Assembly (NCBI GenBank): GCA_026770705.1
Contig: JANJGN010000150.1
Span: 558,001 to 622,000, forward strand
Length of the DNA stretch: 64,000 bases
Source of the DNA: Isurus oxyrinchus
Taxonomy: Eukaryota
Direction of reading: 5' to 3'
Below the pieces are notes generated by a model. That model was given only the letters and a program-made list of their open reading frames with translations, was not told the DNA's origin and did no database searches. The translations under genes were made by a program, and so were the position numbers. The first letter of the stretch is position 1; every line of letters begins with the position of its first letter. Positions 1-13,389 of the stretch are shown here, piece after piece.

Positions 1-1989
1 GCTCCTCCTTCCTGCCAGACACTTACTATTTTACAAATTGTGTGCGTTGCTTTTATTTCGGACAAGGGGCCTCGAGGGGGAACTGATTTACGCTGAGGTT
101 TAGGGGTTAACAGCCATGTCATGTGTTGATCGGTCAGTGTTTACCATGTGGAGACTGTCTGTCACCAGCTTTGTTAATGGTTTATCCAGGAACATTGAAG
201 GGCATGAACGTTCTTGCTTTGTATGGAACAAGTTACCAACTGGGTTCAGTCATCGACTCAGACTCACATCAACATAAACTGGCTTCTGACAGGTAAGTTT
301 CTATTACATAAGGGTAGGAGGAGGCCACTTGGCCCCTCGAGCCTGCTCCACCATTCAAAGAGTTCATGGCTGATCTGCAAACTAGCCCCATATGCCTTTG
401 TCCCATCTCCTTTAATACCTTTGGATAACAAAAATCTATCAGTCTCACAGGTTTAAAATGAACAACTTGATCGTGCATCAGTTCCTGTTTGGGGAAGAGA
501 GTTCCAAATTTCTCCCACCCTTTGTACTTCCTAATTTAATTCCTTTTTAGGCTCTTACCCCGAGTCCCAGACTCCCCCCAACCAGGGGAAATGGTTTCTC
601 TTTATCGCCCCCGATCTGTTCCCCTTAATATCATGCGAACTTTCATCAAATCTCCTGCTTAACATTCTAACTTCCAGGGAATACAAGCTGAGTTTGTGTT
701 TAATCTCTCCTTGTGATTTAACCCTTGGAGTCCCGGTCTCATTCTGGTAAACTGACACTGCTCTCCCTCCGAGGTCAATATATCCTTCCTAAGGTGTGGG
801 GCCCAGAATGTCTCACAGTGACTCCAGGTGTGGTCTAGCCAGGGCTTTATGTAGACTGAAGCATGACCTCTGCCCCCTTATATTCTAATCCGTGAGATAG
901 AAAGGGCAGAGTTCCAGAATTGTTGTGTTTATTCGACAACAGAATAACAGAGGAAGGTTTCCTCTCTGCCCTCTTCAGCCCCACTGGGAAGGTCAGGATG
1001 AGAAGGTTGGGCTGGGTCCCCTGTACTGGACACTCGCTGAATCTTCCAATGATAGTTCTGGGCTGGATTTCAAAACGCATAGACAAGGATTCAGTGTTCC
1101 ATCACATTCTGCCTTTGTCTCTTTTCCTCTCGTTCTCTTTCTCTACCATCCTCTGTCTCTATCTATCTATCTTTCTCCTCATTCTCTCCTGCTTCATCTC
1201 TATCACTTTCTTTCTACTTCTTTGTGTGTCTCTGTCTGTCTCTCTCTCTCACTCTTTCTTTCCTTGTCCTTATCTCTTTCAGTGTCTCCCTCTTTCTCTC
1301 TCTCTCTCTCTCTCTAAATGTGACCCTCTCTAACAGTTTGGCCCAGTACTCTTATTTCCCTGTTTTACTGGTGTTCCATTTGAAGGTATACAAGACCAAT
1401 TCAGACCAGAATGTTTATTTTCCAGTGTTTACTGTGTTTTTTTCATTCTGGGTGTCTCTCGACTCTGTCTGTCCCTCTCTGTCCTTTTATTTCATTCTTT
1501 CATGTGATGTGGACATCACTGCCTAGGCCAGCATTTATTGCCCAACCCTAATTGCCCTTGTTCAGAGGCCACTTTTTAAAAGTGAACCACATTGCTGTGG
1601 GTCTGGAGTCACATGTAGGCCAGACCAGGTAAGGACAGCAGATTTCCCTCCCTAAAGGGCATTTGTGACCCAAATACAAGAATCAGCAATGGTTTCCTGG
1701 TCATCATCGGACTTTTAATTCCAGGTTTTTATTGAGTTCAAATTCCACCAACTGCTGTGGTGGGATTCTAACCAGGGTCCCAGGAGCATTACACTGGGTC
1801 TCTGGATTACTGGTCCAGTGAAAATACCATCAGGCCAACACCTCCCCACTCTTCCCTTCCACCATATTTCACACTTGTTCTCTCTCTCTCTCACTCTCCT
1901 TCTCTCTTCTCCCTCTCTCAGTCTCTGTCTGTCTCTCAATCTCTCTATTGCTCTCTCTCTCCCTGTCGCTCTCTCTCTGACTGTCTCCC

Positions 1990-2610
1990 TCCCTATATCT
2001 GTAACCTCCTCTCTCTGTCCCTTTCCTCCAGCCCCTACAACCCTCCCTATCTCTGTAACCTCCACCAGCCCCTACAATCCTCCCCATCTCTGTAACCTCC
2101 TCCACCCCCCACAACCCTCCCTATATCTGTAACCTCCTCCACAAGCCCATACAATCCTCCCTATCCCTGTAACAACCTCCAGCCCGACAACACCCCTATA
2201 CATGTCACCTCCTCTAGCCACTGTAACTAATAATCTCCCAAGCCTCCACCAGCCTTGACAATCCTGCCCATCTCTGTAACATCCTCCAACCACCACAACC
2301 CTCCCTATTTCTGTAATCTCTTCCAGTCCCTACAACCCTCCCTATCTCTACAACCTGCTCCACCCCCTGCAACTCGCCCTATCTCTGTGTCATCCTCCAG
2401 CCCCTACAACCCTCCCTATACCTGTAACCGCCTCCAGCCCCTACAACCCTCCCTATCTCTGGAACAGCTTCCAGCACCTACAAACCTCCCTATCTCTGTA
2501 ACCTCCTCCAGCCCCTACAACACTCCTTATCTCTGTAACCTCCTCCAGCCCCTACAACCCTCCCTATCTCTGTAACCTCCTCCAGCCCCTGTAACCCTCC
2601 CCATCTCTTG
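1990..2610 (+). repeat. 37-bp minisatellite (ctctgtaacctcctccagcccctacaaccctccctat)
   Basis: Period 37 seen directly. Confidence 0.9.
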
Positions 2611-2989
2611 AAGGGTTCTCAAAATTTCCAACTGTCAAGGAACCCTGGGTTGGTGAGCGTGACCCCTGACCTCTCCTAGTGCAATTTAGTTAGGGTTTCG
2701 GGGTGGGACAAGGGTAAGGGCATTAGTAGCGTGATTCTCCCTCGTTATGCCGTGTGTTCCCCATTCTTAACTCAGTGTACTTTGTAAGTCTGTATAATCT
2801 CAGTGTCATCCTAATGTTATAAGTTCATTTGTGACTTCAGTAAACTCAGTTTTTGTCTTGCACCAAAACCAGTTGTCTGCTGCACTTTGTGACAAGCCCC
2901 GAATAAGTCCAAGGTCTAGAACCCAGGGAGTGGGAGCGATTCAGACGGCTCAGAAGTCGCAGGTGAAGCTGACACACACCACCACAGCC

Positions 2990-3310
2990 TACAAGGGGCT
3001 GAATGGCCTCCTCCTGTTCCTGTATAACGGACATAAGTGGCAGAATGGCCTCCTCTTGTTCCTGTGTAATGGACATAAGTGGCAGAATGGCCTCCTCCTG
3101 TTTCTGTGTAACAGTCTTGAGGGGGCTGAATGGCCTCCTCCTGTTCCTGTATAACGGACATAAGTGGCAGAATGGCCTCCTCCTGTTCCTGTGTAACAGG
3201 CTCGAGGGGACTGAATGGCCTCCTCCTGTTCCTGTGTAACAGGCTTGAGGGGGCTGAATGGCCTCCTCCTGTTCCTGTGTAACAGGCTCGACGGGCTGAA
3301 TGGCCTCCTT
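2990..3310 (+). repeat. ~41-bp minisatellite (gaatggcctcctcctgttcctgtgtaacaggctcgaggggct)
   Basis: Tandem copies. Confidence 0.88.
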
Positions 3311-3559
3311 CTGCACTGTAAACTTGTTGTGATACTGTAACTGCCTCTTTGCTTTCATTCAGCTGAATCTTCAGCTCTTCAGTCTCTTCCTTGTATCTCT
3401 TGCCTTCCTCCTGGAACATTGGACATGGTTGGGTCTTCCCTGCCAACTGTTTCTTCAGTTTGCTCAGAGCGGCACAGAATTCGCTTTCTTTCTCTTCAGG
3501 ATTTTCCAGTGGAACCAACTCTGACCTGAGGGACACTTGCAGCCTGTGAGGATGCTTCA

Positions 3560-4684
3560 ATTCTTCAAACTCATTCCGAGATACACTCTCATATTCCCCC
3601 AGCAACTCAGCAACTCCTCCAGTGAAACATTTCAGAGCAGCTGAGCTTGGTTTTCTGGAACCAGTCTCGGCCCAGAAGACTAGGGCCCTCACCTGTCGCT
3701 ATGATCACTGGAAGCTGGGCTGTCTGCTGCCTGTAGGACACAGGTACTGGGATGAGGTCCTTTCCCTGTATGGATTCTCCAGTGTGTGTCTTCAGCTGAT
3801 CCATTGTTGGCTCTAAATTCAGCGTCTGGGTTCCTTCATTTAGCTGTTTAAATGTGGGCTCTTCCACCACTGTGTCTGAGGCTCCCGTATCTGCCCCATT
3901 ACTAGTGGCTGCCCATTCACTTGGGTTGTGATGGTTATAGGTTCAGTTTTTACCACTGTGACATTGGACAGGGAATAGACATCGGTATCAGCAGCTTCAG
4001 GCTCTGTGATATTATTCACTTCCATCATGTTGGTGCACTGTCTGATGGGCTGTCTCGATTTCACCCTGCATTGCTTTATTACCCGCCCCTTTCTTGTGGC
4101 AGTGATGGCATTCTGCTCCCTTGGACCTGCAGGTGTCCGGTACGAGCTCAATGCCCCCCACATCGAGAACAGGCCAACTTCGGAGTTGCTGCTGAAATAC
4201 TCCCACGAAGCCTTTTAGTTTCTGGAGCGGCAGAGACTGTCTCTCGCTTGGCGGCTGTCTCTCTCTCTCTCTCTCTCTCTCTCCAGTCTGAGCCTCACGC
4301 CCGGTGGTTGGTTCCTGTCCCAGCTGAGGACTGGTGCCATGTTGTACATCCTGTAAATCCCGCCAGTCTCTCCCAGCACTTTCCATGCCTGGCGCTATTT
4401 CCATGGTGCGCTTCAAATCGATGTCGGCTTCTGCGAGTAAACGGCTCTGAATGGCGTTGGGGTGAACGACACAAACCAATCGGCCCCGCAACATGTCATT
4501 GAGTGTGTCTCCGAGGTCCCAGTGCTCAGTCACCTGCTTCCACTTCACTGTATAGGTTGCGATGGACTCTCCCTGGGCCCTTACTCTGGAGTTAAACTTA
4601 AACCTCTGCATTATTACCCACGGCTTCAGCTGAAAACACATCTTCATGAGGACGACTAATTGGTGAAAAGATTTAGAATTGGGT
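3560..4684 (-). mobile_element. Degraded Ty3/Gypsy-like LTR retrotransposon internal fragment (gag, Zn knuckle, aspartic protease)
   Basis: QRFKFNSRVRAQGESIATY...LNDMLRGRLVC..IQSRLLAE (gag); CRSKGAECHHCHKKG (knuckle); VNGQPLVM..DTGAS..GPSLLGRDW (protease). Broken by frameshifts. Confidence 0.8.
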
Positions 4685-4974
4685 GTAATACACGTCACTG
4701 TCTTCAGCTCTGAGACTGTCAATCCTCACCAAACAATTCTTCCCTTCCAAGTCACCGATTATTTTAGCACGTCCCACGAATGTGGCCATCCCATAATTGG
4801 GATCTTTGGTGTATGTGATGGTATATTTCCATCTATACCAATATTTATACCAAGCTCCGTGCAGTGCTGTGTAAGAGTGGGAAGGAAAGTCAAAGCTACA
4901 CGGAATAACCACACAAGAGCTGCTGATGGCCCTCCGAGGCAGCGCCTTCATAGACCATCCCTCTGACGTCACTC
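4685..4974 (-). pseudogene. Siglec-like gene A V-set exon, truncated after DVYY by a Gypsy relic
   Basis: Acceptor tttcag. SCVVIPCSF...NCLVRI...EDSDVYY, then diverges abruptly from gene B into gag-like sequence, with a stop at 4673-4675. Confidence 0.85.
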
Positions 4975-5794
4975 CTGAAAGGCAACAAGGGAAGAGACAG
5001 GACATCAAAAAGCAGAATATTACTTCAATGGAGAGAGGCAGCAGAATGCGGTACAGAGGGATCTGGGTGTCCTTGTACATGAATCACAGAAAGTCAGCAT
5101 TCAGGAACAGCAGGGAATGAGGAAGGCAAGTGGAATGTTGGCCTTTATTGCAAAGGGATGGAGTATAAAAGGAGGGAAGTCTTGCTACAACTGTACAGGG
5201 CGTTGGTGAGATTGTATCAGGAGCAGTGTGTACAGTTCTGGTCTCCTTACTTAGGGAGGGATAGACTCTGCATTGGAGGCAGTTCAGAGGAGGATCACTG
5301 GGCTGATTCCTGGGATGAAGGGGGTTTGTCTTATGAGGAAATGTTGAGCAGGTTGGGCCCTGTATCCATTGGAGTTTAGAAGAATGAGAGGTGATCTTAT
5401 TGAAACATATAAGATTCTGAGGTGGTGGGGGGTTTGACAGGGTCGATGCTGAGGGGATGTTACCCCTTGTTGGGGAATCCTGTGAAGCAATAAGGATGTT
5501 TTACTGCACTAAAGGTGCTGTATAAATGCACTGTCATTCCTATTGAAACAAGCTCTCTGATGCACAAACAGAAAATGCTGGAAAAACTCAGCCGGTCTGA
5601 CAGCATCTGTGGAGAGAGAAACAGAGTTGGTGTTTCGAGTCCGTATGAGGCTTTTGCTTTTGCTAAATTCTCTGACTCGCTATTCACTCACTCTCTGTGT
5701 GATCACTAACCCTGTTCTCTAAAATTAAATGTTCACTTCCTCACTCCAGGAAAGAATCCAATTCCCTGAGTTCCGATCAGTAATGAATTTGTAC

Positions 5795-5840
5795 CTTGCA
5801 GCAAGCTGATGAAGATCAATATCAGACCGACCTCTCCCAT
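5795..5840 (-). pseudogene. Siglec-like gene A leader exon (MGEVGLILIFISLLQ)
   Basis: 46-nt phase-1 exon with donor gtac; inverted copy of 28227-28272. Confidence 0.85.
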
Positions 5841-6109
5841 CTTCAGTTCCTCATCTAAATGGAAATGATAAAGACAGAGACTTTTTCATAAATTGTCCCC
5901 AGCGTTTCTTCCTCAAACAACAACAACTTGTGGTTAAATGGCACCTTTCAGTGAGTTAAACAGCCCCAGGGAATAAACTAATGTCAAGACAAGGAAGGAG
6001 AGATTGAGAAGGGACATCGCAAACCGATTCACCAAACACGGCAAAAATTCATTGTTCCCTCACTCCCTGTGCTGGGTGTCCAGATTTTTCTCTCAGTGAG
6101 TTTAGTCCT

Positions 6110-7240
6110 CACAATATCTATCTATCGCACTCTTCTGCTCTATCTCTCTCTCTCTCTCACACACATTCTCTCTCCAACACTCACAATCTCTCTCTATCGC
6201 ACTCTTCTGCTCTATCTCTCTCTCACACACACACATTCTCTCTCTAACACTCACAATCTCTATCTATCACACTCTTCTGCTCTCTCTCTCTCTCTCACAC
6301 ACACACATTCTCTCTCTAACACTCTCAATCTCTCTCTATCACACTCTACTGCTCTATCTCTCTCTCTCTCACAAACATACATTCTCTCTCTAACACTCAC
6401 AATCTCTCTCTATCACACTCCTCTGCTCTATCTCTCTCTCTCTCACACACACACATTCTCTCTCTAACAAACACAATCTCTCTCTATCACACTCTTCTTT
6501 CTGCTCTATCTCTCTCTGTCTCACACACACACATTCTCTCTCTAACATTCACAATCTCTCTCTATCGCACTCTTCTGCTCTATCTCTCTCTCACACACAC
6601 ACATTCTCTCTCTAACAAACACAATCTCTCTCTATCGCACTCTTCTGCTCTATCTCTCTCTCTCACAAACACACATTCTCTCTCTAACACTCACAATCTC
6701 TCTCTATCACACTCTTCTGCTCTATCTCTCTCTCTCTCTCTCTCACACATTCTCTCTCTAACACTCACAATCTCTCTCTATCACACTCTTCTGCTCTATC
6801 TCTCTCTCTCTCACACACACATTCTCTCTGTCTCCCTCCCTCAAATACATTCTCTCTCTCAGACACAAACACTCTCTCACACACTCACACACTTTCCCTA
6901 AAACTAACACAATCTCTCTTTCTGTCAAGCACACACTCTCTCTCACACACACACACTCTCTCTCTCAGACACACACATTCTCTCTCTCTCAAACATTTAA
7001 CATTTCTCTTCATCTCGATCTTCTGCTGTCTCTCTCTTTCTCTCCCTCGCACACACACACACTCTCTGTCACAAACACACTCTCTCTCCCACACACTCTC
7101 TCTCACACATTCTCACATGCACACTCTCTCCCTCATATACAAACACTCTCCCTCACACATGCACACTCTCTATCTCTTTTTCTCTCTCACACAGTCTCTC
7201 TGTCTCTCTCTCTCTCTCAGACACTCTCTCTCTCTCTGAT
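6110..7240 (+). repeat. CT/CA-rich ~55-bp minisatellite and microsatellites
   Basis: Repeated ctaacactcacaatctctctctatcacactcttctgctctatct; shorter counterpart at 27320-27960. Confidence 0.85.
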
Positions 7241-9479
7241 ACAGAATGTTTTAAGACCTGCTCATGATTTCAGCTCAAAACCCAGGTAGATTCTCCCCAG
7301 TGAGGGAGTGGTGAGGGAGTGCTGCACTGTCAGAGGATCAGTACTGAGGGCGTGCTGCACTGTCAGAGGGTAAGTACTGAGGGAGTGCTGCACTGTCGGA
7401 GGATCAGTACTGAACACAATGTCCATTCAGAACAGCTCGGTCCCCGATCAGAGAAACAGCCTCAGACAGAACCAACTGACGCTGGAATCCATACAATTCA
7501 TCAACGTGTTGGGAGTTAGTTTGATGTCGGAGATGGAGTGTTACTGGGAAGGAGGGAACCCGTCAGGATGAACAGCTCGATGTACGACAAGGAAAGGATG
7601 AGCTAAGAGGGGTTGGTCACAGACAGACGGAGCGTGTGAAGACTCAACAAGCTAATGGCAGGTGAAGAGCTGGAAAGGTGTCTTTTCAACACAAGGTTTA
7701 GACACAGAACTCGATGTTTGATCGGGTATTTCAAACCAGAGAAACTCTTTACAGGGTGAATGGACCTTGTCAATAATCCATCCAGCCAACCTCGCCTGGA
7801 GATTAGTCCAATATTAGACACTAAACCGAGTCCCCCGTCTGCCCTCTCGGGCGGGTGTGAAAGATCCCACAGCCACTATTTGGAGGAAGAGCAGGGGGGA
7901 GATCTCCCCGGTGTCCTGGGACCAATATTTATCCCTCAACCAACATCACCAAAAACAGGTGATCACATTGCTGTTTGTGGGAGCTTGCTGTGCGCTAATT
8001 GGCTGCTGCGTTTCCTACATTACGACAGTAACCACACTTCGAAAAAAGGGTGAACTCACTTGTAAAGTGTTCTGGGACATCCAGAGACCATGCTGTACAG
8101 AAGACATTTGACAGGAGCAGCAAGTGTTTTACTTACAGGAGAATGAGTCCCCAGGGTTGTAGAGTCAATCCTGTCAGATGAATGTCTAACTGGAGACACT
8201 TCAGGGAGCTGATCTAATTCTGGAAATGTTCAGTTTACCAGGATCGGAGGAGAGATGATCTTCCTCTCCTGACTGCATCGGACACGAGGTGAACTGGCTC
8301 TGGGAGGAGGGTCAGTGTTAACCCAGTTTTTCTGTGTTTGAGGGAGATGTGAAACTGGGGAAGTCACGTGGTTTTTTGGTGTGGTAACTCCATGTCTTTA
8401 TTTGGTGCAGCACTCATTTAGTTCCTGTCGTTGTTTCAATGCTACAAAACCACAGCGCATTCTGGACTATTTCTGCCTGACCTGCTGTCAGATACACACA
8501 GTCTGACAGAGAGGCGGAAATGTGGTCCCTAGCAACGTGTGTAACTGTNNNNNNNNNNNNNNNNNNNNNNNNNNNNNNNNNNNNNNNNNNNNNNNNNNNN
8601 NNNNNNNNNNNNNNNNNNNNNNNNNNNNNNNNNNNNNNNNNNNNNNNNNNNNNNNNNNNNNNNNNNNNNNNNNNNNNNNNNNNNNNNNNNNNNNNNNNNN
8701 NNNNNNNNNNNNNNNNNNNNNNNNNNNNNNNNNNNNNNNNNNNNNNNNNNNNNNNNNNNNNNNNNNNNNNNNNNNNNNNCACTCTTTTGCACAAACACTC
8801 TTTCACGCACACACATGCACACACACACACGCACACAAATGCACAAACTCACTCACACACAAACCCTCACACACACACAGACACAAACATTAGCACACAC
8901 ACTCACACACACTCACACATGCGCACATACTCTCAAACACACACTGTTTTGCACAAACACTTTCTCTTTCACACACACACATACACACACACTCTCTCTC
9001 TCACACACATGTTCTCTCTCACTCCCTGTCTCAAACACACAATCTCCCCCTCCCTCAAACACTCACACCATCTCTTTCTCGCACACTCCCTCTCTCAAAC
9101 ACACACACCCTCTTTCTCAAACACACACACACACACGATCTCACACACACACTCTCACATACACAAACACTCTCTCACAGACACACACTCTCTTTTGCAC
9201 ACACACTATCTCACACGCACATTCTCTCTATCTTTCTCTCTCACACATAAATTCTCTCTCACTCTCACAGACGTTCTCCTTCTCTCACACACACTCTCTC
9301 TCTCACACACACAAACTCTACCTCTCTTTTGCTCTCTCACACATACACACTCTCAGTCTCTCACACATACATTGTCTCTCTCTCTCACATAAACGCACTC
9401 TCTCTCTCTGAGATGGAAGGTTGGGATTTTGAGACCGTCTCAAGGTTTCAGCTTAAAATGCGGACGGACTCTTCCCAGT

Positions 9480-9730
9480 GAGGGAGTGCTGCACTGTTGG
9501 AGGGTCAGTACTGAGGGAGTGCTGCACTGTCAGAGGGTCAGTACTGAGAGAGTGCTGCACTGTTGGAGGGTTAGCACTGAGGGAGTGCTGCACTTCCAGA
9601 GGGTCAGTGCTGAGGGAGTGCTGCACTCCCAGAGGGTCAATAATGAAGGAGTGCTGCACTCTCAAAGGGTCAATGCTGAGGGAGTGCTGCACTGTCAGAG
9701 GGTGGGCACTGAGGGAATGCTGCTCTGTCA
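9480..9730 (-). repeat. 33-bp satellite (cagtgcagcactccctcagtactgaccctctga)
   Basis: Period 33; also at 7310-7412 and 24290-24620. Confidence 0.9.
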
Positions 9731-10134
9731 GACCTGCCATATTTCAGATGACATTTGAAATTAGCAACATGCCTCATGTATAATTATATATCATCAGCTC
9801 AAAATAAATAGATTATTCCTGTACGTTTCACTTTACTGTAAATTGTTTGCAGTTTCATTTCCTTAGAAACCAGGCTTGTGTGATCACTATTTTTAAATAA
9901 CGTTAATAATAAAGATGCAACAATCCACACGCACACATGTACACACACACACACACTCACTCACAAGGGTACATAGACAGACACACACTCACNNNNNNNN
10001 NNNNNNNNNNNNNNNNNNNNNNNNNNNNNNNNNNNNNNNNNNNNNNNNNNNNNNNNNNNNNNNNNNNNNNNNNNNNNNNNNNNNNNNNNNNNNNNNNNNN
10101 NNNNNNNNNNNNNNNNNNNNNNNNNNNNNNNNNN

Positions 10135-12330
10135 GTTAGAGTCCAATAAAAATTTAAAAGAATATATGATTAATACAATTGCTTGTCTTTGAGGTGTAGA
10201 TTGTTGACGTTTGCAGCTGTTCAAGGTTAATTGGTTTCCTGTGGCATCCTGGTGGTGATTTGATTCAGATTTGCACTTTGTTGAAGATGCACTGTTAGCT
10301 TCAGAAAGAGAGAGAGAGAGAGGGAGAATTTCTGCTCTTTTCCAGCAGTGTTTTTGAGTGACTGCCATCTTTCTTTTTCCTCCTACTTTCTCTTATATCT
10401 GCTTGACAGAACCTGTTGTTAAACTCCTGTCTGTATATTCCCAAAGGGAATTCGATCAGCATGTCTTGCATTCATTGTCGCAGACCAAGTAATCCCTTTT
10501 TTGATCTTTGCATCTCTGAAACATTTGATGCATTTCAAGATATAAATCAACAGGAGATGAAGGCATTTCATCCTCCACAAGAGGTTTTGAATGACTGATG
10601 AATATCTGCATGGTGAGCAGTTCCCATTAGCTTGATAGACCTACAGTGATCAGAGTCCAGCGCTTTGCATTTTTAATGGAGCCCCTGTTTCAGGTGGACC
10701 CTGACACACCTCAGTGAGAACTTTCATGCAACATGTCTGTAGTGCAATTCATTTGAAGCTTTCCAGAGAAGTGATCAAGTTTGCAGTATCAGCAATCAGG
10801 TGACTCGTGACAGCCATTTTTGATCAATGCCTAATCTTGTACTTTTGAAAAACAGGTCTCCTTTAAACAGTTCAATACGTTTTTGGCTCATTGGTTAAGT
10901 TGAAGGAAGCTCTGTTATGACATAACAGATGGTAAATGCTGAGCTGTTCAAATCCTGGAGGGAAACTTGAAACAACTGTCACAACTAATTTCCAACTTGT
11001 ATGTTTTGAGATGTGGGCTTTGAATTCAGTAGTAATGAGATTAAGATGTTTAAGAGGTAATTATGGTTGGTTGAAAAAAAGGGTTTAAAATATATTTTCC
11101 CCCAAATACAATTTCCAAAGCAAGTCTCTTTGATTGTTAAGAATGAACCAATTAAACCACGTATGGTGGAGTCAAAGAAAGAGTAAGTTTATTAGTTACC
11201 TAACTGGAGGAAAAATAATNNNNNNNNNNNNNNNNNNNNNNNNNNNNNNNNNNNNNNNNNNNNNNNNNNNNNNNNNNNNNNNNNNNNNNNNNNNNNNNNN
11301 NNNNNNNNNNNNNNNNNNNNNNNNNNNNNNNNNNNNNNNNNNNNNNNNNNNNNNNNNNNNNNNNNNNNNNNNNNNNNNNNNNNNNNNNNNNNNNNNNNNN
11401 NNNNNNNNNNNNNNNNNNNNNNNNNNNNNNNNNNNNNNNNNNNNNNNNNNNNNNNNNNNNNNNNNNNNNNNNNNNNNNNNNNNNNNNNNNNNNNNNNNNN
11501 NNNNNNNNNNNNNNNNNNNNATAATTATAGAGTCCAATAAAAAATTAAAAGAGTTGTTTGCTTGTACTACAGCGTAGGCTGTGAAGTTTGAAGCTGTTTT
11601 AAATTAGTTGGTTTTCTGTAGATTCCTGTATTTTATCTGGCTCAGACTTGCACATTGTTGAAGACATTCTGTTAGCTTCAGACAGAGAGAGAGAGAGGGA
11701 GAAATCATTTCTGCTCTTTTCCAGCAGTGTTTGTGGAAGACTGCCATATTTCTTTTTCCCCTCCTTTCTCTTATATCTGCTTGGCAGAACCATTTGTTAA
11801 ACTCCTGTCTGTATATCCCTGAAGTCAATTCGATCAGCATGTTTTGCATTCATTGTTATAGACCAAGTATTCCCATTTTTTTATCTTTGCATCTCTGAAA
11901 CCTTTGATGCATTTCAAGATATAAGTCAACAGGAGACGGGGGTATTGTATCCTCCACAGGGGGTTTTGAATGGTTGATGATTATCCGCTTGGTGAGCAGT
12001 TCCCAATGTTTTGATTGAACTACAGCTGATCAAAGTCCAGCACTTTACATTGTAATGCCTTCCTTTTAAGAGTGTCTCTATTTGAAGTGGACCCTGACAC
12101 ACCCCAGGCGTGAACTTCCATGCAACAGGTCTGCAGTGCAATTCATTTGAACCTTTCCAGAGAAGTGATCAACTTCACAGTATCAGCAATCAGGTGACTT
12201 GTGTCAGCCATTTTTGATCTGTGTACAATCTTGTATTTCTTTGAAAAACAGGTCGCTTTTAGACAGTTCAATATGTCTTTGGTCTCTTAGTTAAGTTGTA
12301 GGACGCTCTTAATCGCAGTTTGTTGTCATT
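10135..12330. repeat. Two diverged direct copies of an unidentified ~750-bp segment (10135-10920; 11521-12310)
   Basis: Shared blocks such as ctgctcttttccagcagtgttt, atctttgcatctctgaaa and atcagcaatcaggtgact. Confidence 0.8.
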
Positions 12331-13389
12331 GGGATATTGTCTTTGTGTGTGTGTGTGTTTGTGTGAGTGAGTGTGTGAGTGAATGTGTGTGTGTGAGTGA
12401 ATGTGTGTGTGTGTGTGAATGTGTGTGTTTGTGTCTGTCTGNNNNNNNNNNNNNNNNNNNNNNNNNNNNNNNNNNNNNNNNNNNNNNNNNNNNNNNNNNN
12501 NNNNNNNNNNNNNNNNNNNNNNNNNNNNNNNNNNNNNNNNNNNNNNNNNNNNNNNNNNNNNNNNNNNNNNNNNNNNNNNNNNNNNNNNNNNNNNNNNNNN
12601 NNNNNNNNNNNNNNNNNNNNNNNNNNNNNNNNNNNNNNNNNNNNNNNNNNNNNNNNNNNNNNNNNNNNNNNNNNNNNNNNNNNNNNNNNACAGAGTGAAA
12701 CCTCCTTGAGTCTGGCCACTGTGTTTAACATTTAAGCCACACAGACAGGATGTGGTTAAAAGGTGAAACCACAAGGAGTGAGTGTGTTTCCCAGTGACTG
12801 TCTCTCTGTGGGTTTCCTGTGGGTTTCTGTGAACTGCCTGTGGTTTTAAAAAAAATCTTCCAACCCCACATGCACGGCATCAAATAAGGAATTGGAAGCT
12901 GCAGCTCAGAGAGTAACTAGTCCCCCGAGAATTCACAGCCCCTCAAACACAGATTAACAGCATTAATCCTGACCGTCAGCCCACTCACTCATTGCCTCTT
13001 GTCTCAGACACTAGAAAGTGGAAGTTAAGGCCGGATTTTCACTCCCAGGTCGGGGGACACAGAGACGGCAGGAAAAAATAACAAAATAGGTCTCGAGCAC
13101 ACAGAGCTCCAAGGGAAGGGTCGTGCTGCAGCTAAGGTGTGAGACATGGCACATTCCCCGGATGCAGCATTGAGGCTTGTATGTCTACACAGCTGATGTA
13201 GGTGCACATGGAACACATGTGAATGAGCACTGTGATGCACACACACCCTGGAGAGTAATATCCCTCCATGCACTACATATCAGGCTAACATCAACTCATG
13301 TTGTCATTGCTGACCAACAGGGTTGAAGCAGGTCACAGAGACGGCTGCGTCTGGGGTTGGGCCAGCCTCCCTGAGACTCACCGTCCTAA

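Larger units (their letters stand above)
4685..9960 (-). repeat. Left arm of ~5-kb inverted segmental duplication
   Basis: Reverse complement of ~24090-29382 (ORF pairs 5158/28688, 5515/28358, 7603/25919, 7760/25687, 9453/24282). Confidence 0.92.
8549..12689. other. Region with four assembly gaps (8549-8779, 9993-10134, 11220-11520, 12442-12689)
   Basis: Runs of N; three of the four abut CA/TG microsatellites. Confidence 0.99.

Noticed and set aside
2916-3692. 258-aa ORF
   Set aside because: Chimera of Gypsy relic, unassigned sequence and the 41-bp minisatellite.
8414-12774. ORFs with X runs and HT/CV-rich ORFs
   Set aside because: Produced by N-gaps and CA/TG/CT microsatellites.
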